A program made the translations under genes and the position numbers. A DNA stretch of 64,000 bases. Source: a virus. The stretch is taken from positions 190,366-254,365 of the IMG/VR virus record IMGVR_UViG_3300045988_176431; one strand, 5' to 3'. Below the pieces are notes generated by a model. The model made no database searches. It was not told the DNA's origin and worked only from the letters and a program-made list of their open reading frames with translations. Position 1 is the stretch's first letter. The number at the start of each line of letters is the position of its first letter. Below are positions 63,801 to 64,000 of the stretch, piece by piece.

Positions 63801-64000
63801 TTTCTTCACAAGAGTACCAGCTTTAATTCTTGCTTGTAATTCTTTTGGTGATATATCTTGGTTCTTTAATCTTTCATCGTTTTTATTAAAACATTCACCT
63901 TTAGCGTTATAATAAGTACCATCTGCAGCAGCAAAAACACTTTCTTTACTATCCATAAAGAAGTTCTTCGTTTTTTCAGCAGCATTTTTGACACCATTTA
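60843..64000 (-). CDS. tail-associated multi-domain peptidoglycan hydrolase / tape-measure-like protein (N-terminus outside window)
   Basis: The frame stays open upstream of ATG 63956 to the window edge (..NGVKNAAEKTKNFF-MDSK..). There are three hydrolase modules. The first is papain-like: SGCGPTAFAMV..SGHYVVAVG..NDPRG, about nt 62637-63134. The second is CHAP: YWCATFVNWCF..SHTGIVVAVDGNTITTVEGNT, about nt 62082-62564. The third is a phage tail-lysozyme module: AATAGILGNMYQESGVNP..AAGIFQWE, about nt 61257-61769. The N-terminal part has GxxKGWxxLK repeats. Confidence 0.7.
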   Translation of the reverse strand, partial: NGVKNAAEKTKNFFMDSKESVFAAADGTYYNAKGECFNKNDERLKNQDISPKELQARIKAGTLVKKEKVKKSGIKNLASKAWNGLTGGIKKGWEGLKSFAGGVKEKFGELKDGFVKFAKDPLGSVKSFFTSSKKQGYMSPEGDYYILNNDKTWTHYSATGGILEDKIKDKEKIKEINSKIKNGTLVQTEITDKSGLQKIGEKFQNAVSKGWDKIKDGASSLWSGITNFFGGGGDEVSKTTGKVTKQTAAIVPGGKDAAKKSMANQKKTGGNGENEDDENGGNGEEVNGFSYFSQKDKKWSGNKYGSKDGKHSSSFGKSGCGPTAFAMVANQLKGGKIDPTTIADDAIKSGYRDETGTNANFIDYESQKYGLDTTQQDTPSAEYIIGQMDKGRPMILNGITSGSKDSAYTKSGHYVVAVGRDKNGNILINDPRGKSKSVPISPEDLAKETRIGWTFESPGHTIKKITKRIGGHGDKNTFTAEDVIKIAKGEVGYCEKQTNSKLDDKKANHGTKNFTKYARDIGVANGLYWCATFVNWCFIQAANGDKKKAKEVLCGANTQACRDNSNAFKKAGRLDMKPQPGDVVFFLGAGSSHTGIVVAVDGNTITTVEGNTSPGKFNRNGGCVAEKKYNYKSNRRISGFGHPKYDGSSSFNGQVGTADSSSDSNSSTTESSSDNAITSFSDKFTNLFTQFSEKAMNGITTGKWDYNFNADGNTTDSSSSGNDTTDNTSGTSDGKIDTSISGNNESEQVWNFFTNNGFSPAATAGILGNMYQESGVNPKSIQGNGAGPAAGIFQWENYNKKNGRFGGLLKKAKKRNKSWKDIGVQLEYALGEMQSADLNKRFAGKIGYLQHNPWNMTDTDNKHYSVKPVKGGFEGYKQMTDPTEATKVFEAAFERAGKPHFSRRIAYAKKMMNKYGDKVGGNGEGEGTDTYLNETSERYFNPQYKKTNTFDVNRTVHVNTTNKSGNNIMNVIDTKKLEEILEKAVSVLESIDKSTSSSQKELQNLRNASNNQMNNVTNNNIYNTSNQSGTTATGKNINDRNSKLAAMLARG

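Noticed and set aside
1-64000. Alternative genetic code (stop-codon reassignment), as seen in some large gut phages.
   Set aside because: TAA, TAG (35480) and TGA (485, 10689) each terminate long, well-formed ORFs immediately before terminators or downstream starts. Long ORFs are uninterrupted under the standard code. The only suspicious in-frame stops are explained by the intron (15194) or reported separately (24317).
1-64000. Prophage borders, integrase, transposases or other insertion elements.
   Set aside because: No integrase or transposase motifs or long terminal/inverted repeats were seen. The only mobile elements I can support are the intein and the intron/HNH in nrdD.

Overview
AT-rich (about 70% A+T by eye, not computed) segment of a large tailed-phage or prophage genome. 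The host is probably a strictly anaerobic, low-GC Gram-positive bacterium, inferred from the class III RNR nrdD/nrdG and a radical SAM enzyme. The genetic code is standard: TAA, TAG and TGA all close long ORFs next to hairpin terminators. About 58 protein genes lie in 12 alternating strand blocks, and most convergent junctions carry perfect palindromic rho-independent terminators. The usual RBS is GAAAGG(A/T)G placed 9-14 nt before the start, and I used this to move several ORF-track starts. All function calls are motif recognition from memory; no searches were run.

Recognisable content:
- Fibre-like genes: 2-487, 2643-4136, 18546-21518, 21873-22541, plus two DUF4376-like accessory genes.
- Nucleotide metabolism: nrdD, nrdG, dut, and a HAD-type nucleotidase.
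- DNA transactions: an SbcD/Mre11-like nuclease, an HD hydrolase, an FEN-like protein and a RusA-like resolvase.
- Four peptidoglycan-hydrolase genes and a PARG-type macrodomain.
- A five-tRNA cluster with an embedded structured RNA.
- A long minus-strand block of large virion-like proteins.

Most notable observations:
1. A RiPP-style cassette sits inside a fibre module. It comprises a 500-aa protein with about 104 cysteines at CxxxC/CxxC spacing, a small companion protein, and a radical SAM/SPASM maturase.
2. At least 10-13 paralogous genes share one architecture: an acidic leader ending in hydrophobic-x-E-S, a basic amphipathic helix, a Gly/Ala hydrophobic segment and a Lys/Glu tail. Seven lie in tandem and the rest are dispersed.
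3. nrdD is interrupted twice, by a 168-aa mini-intein at the MGC|RSFL active-site motif and by a roughly 1.06-kb group I intron carrying an HNH endonuclease.
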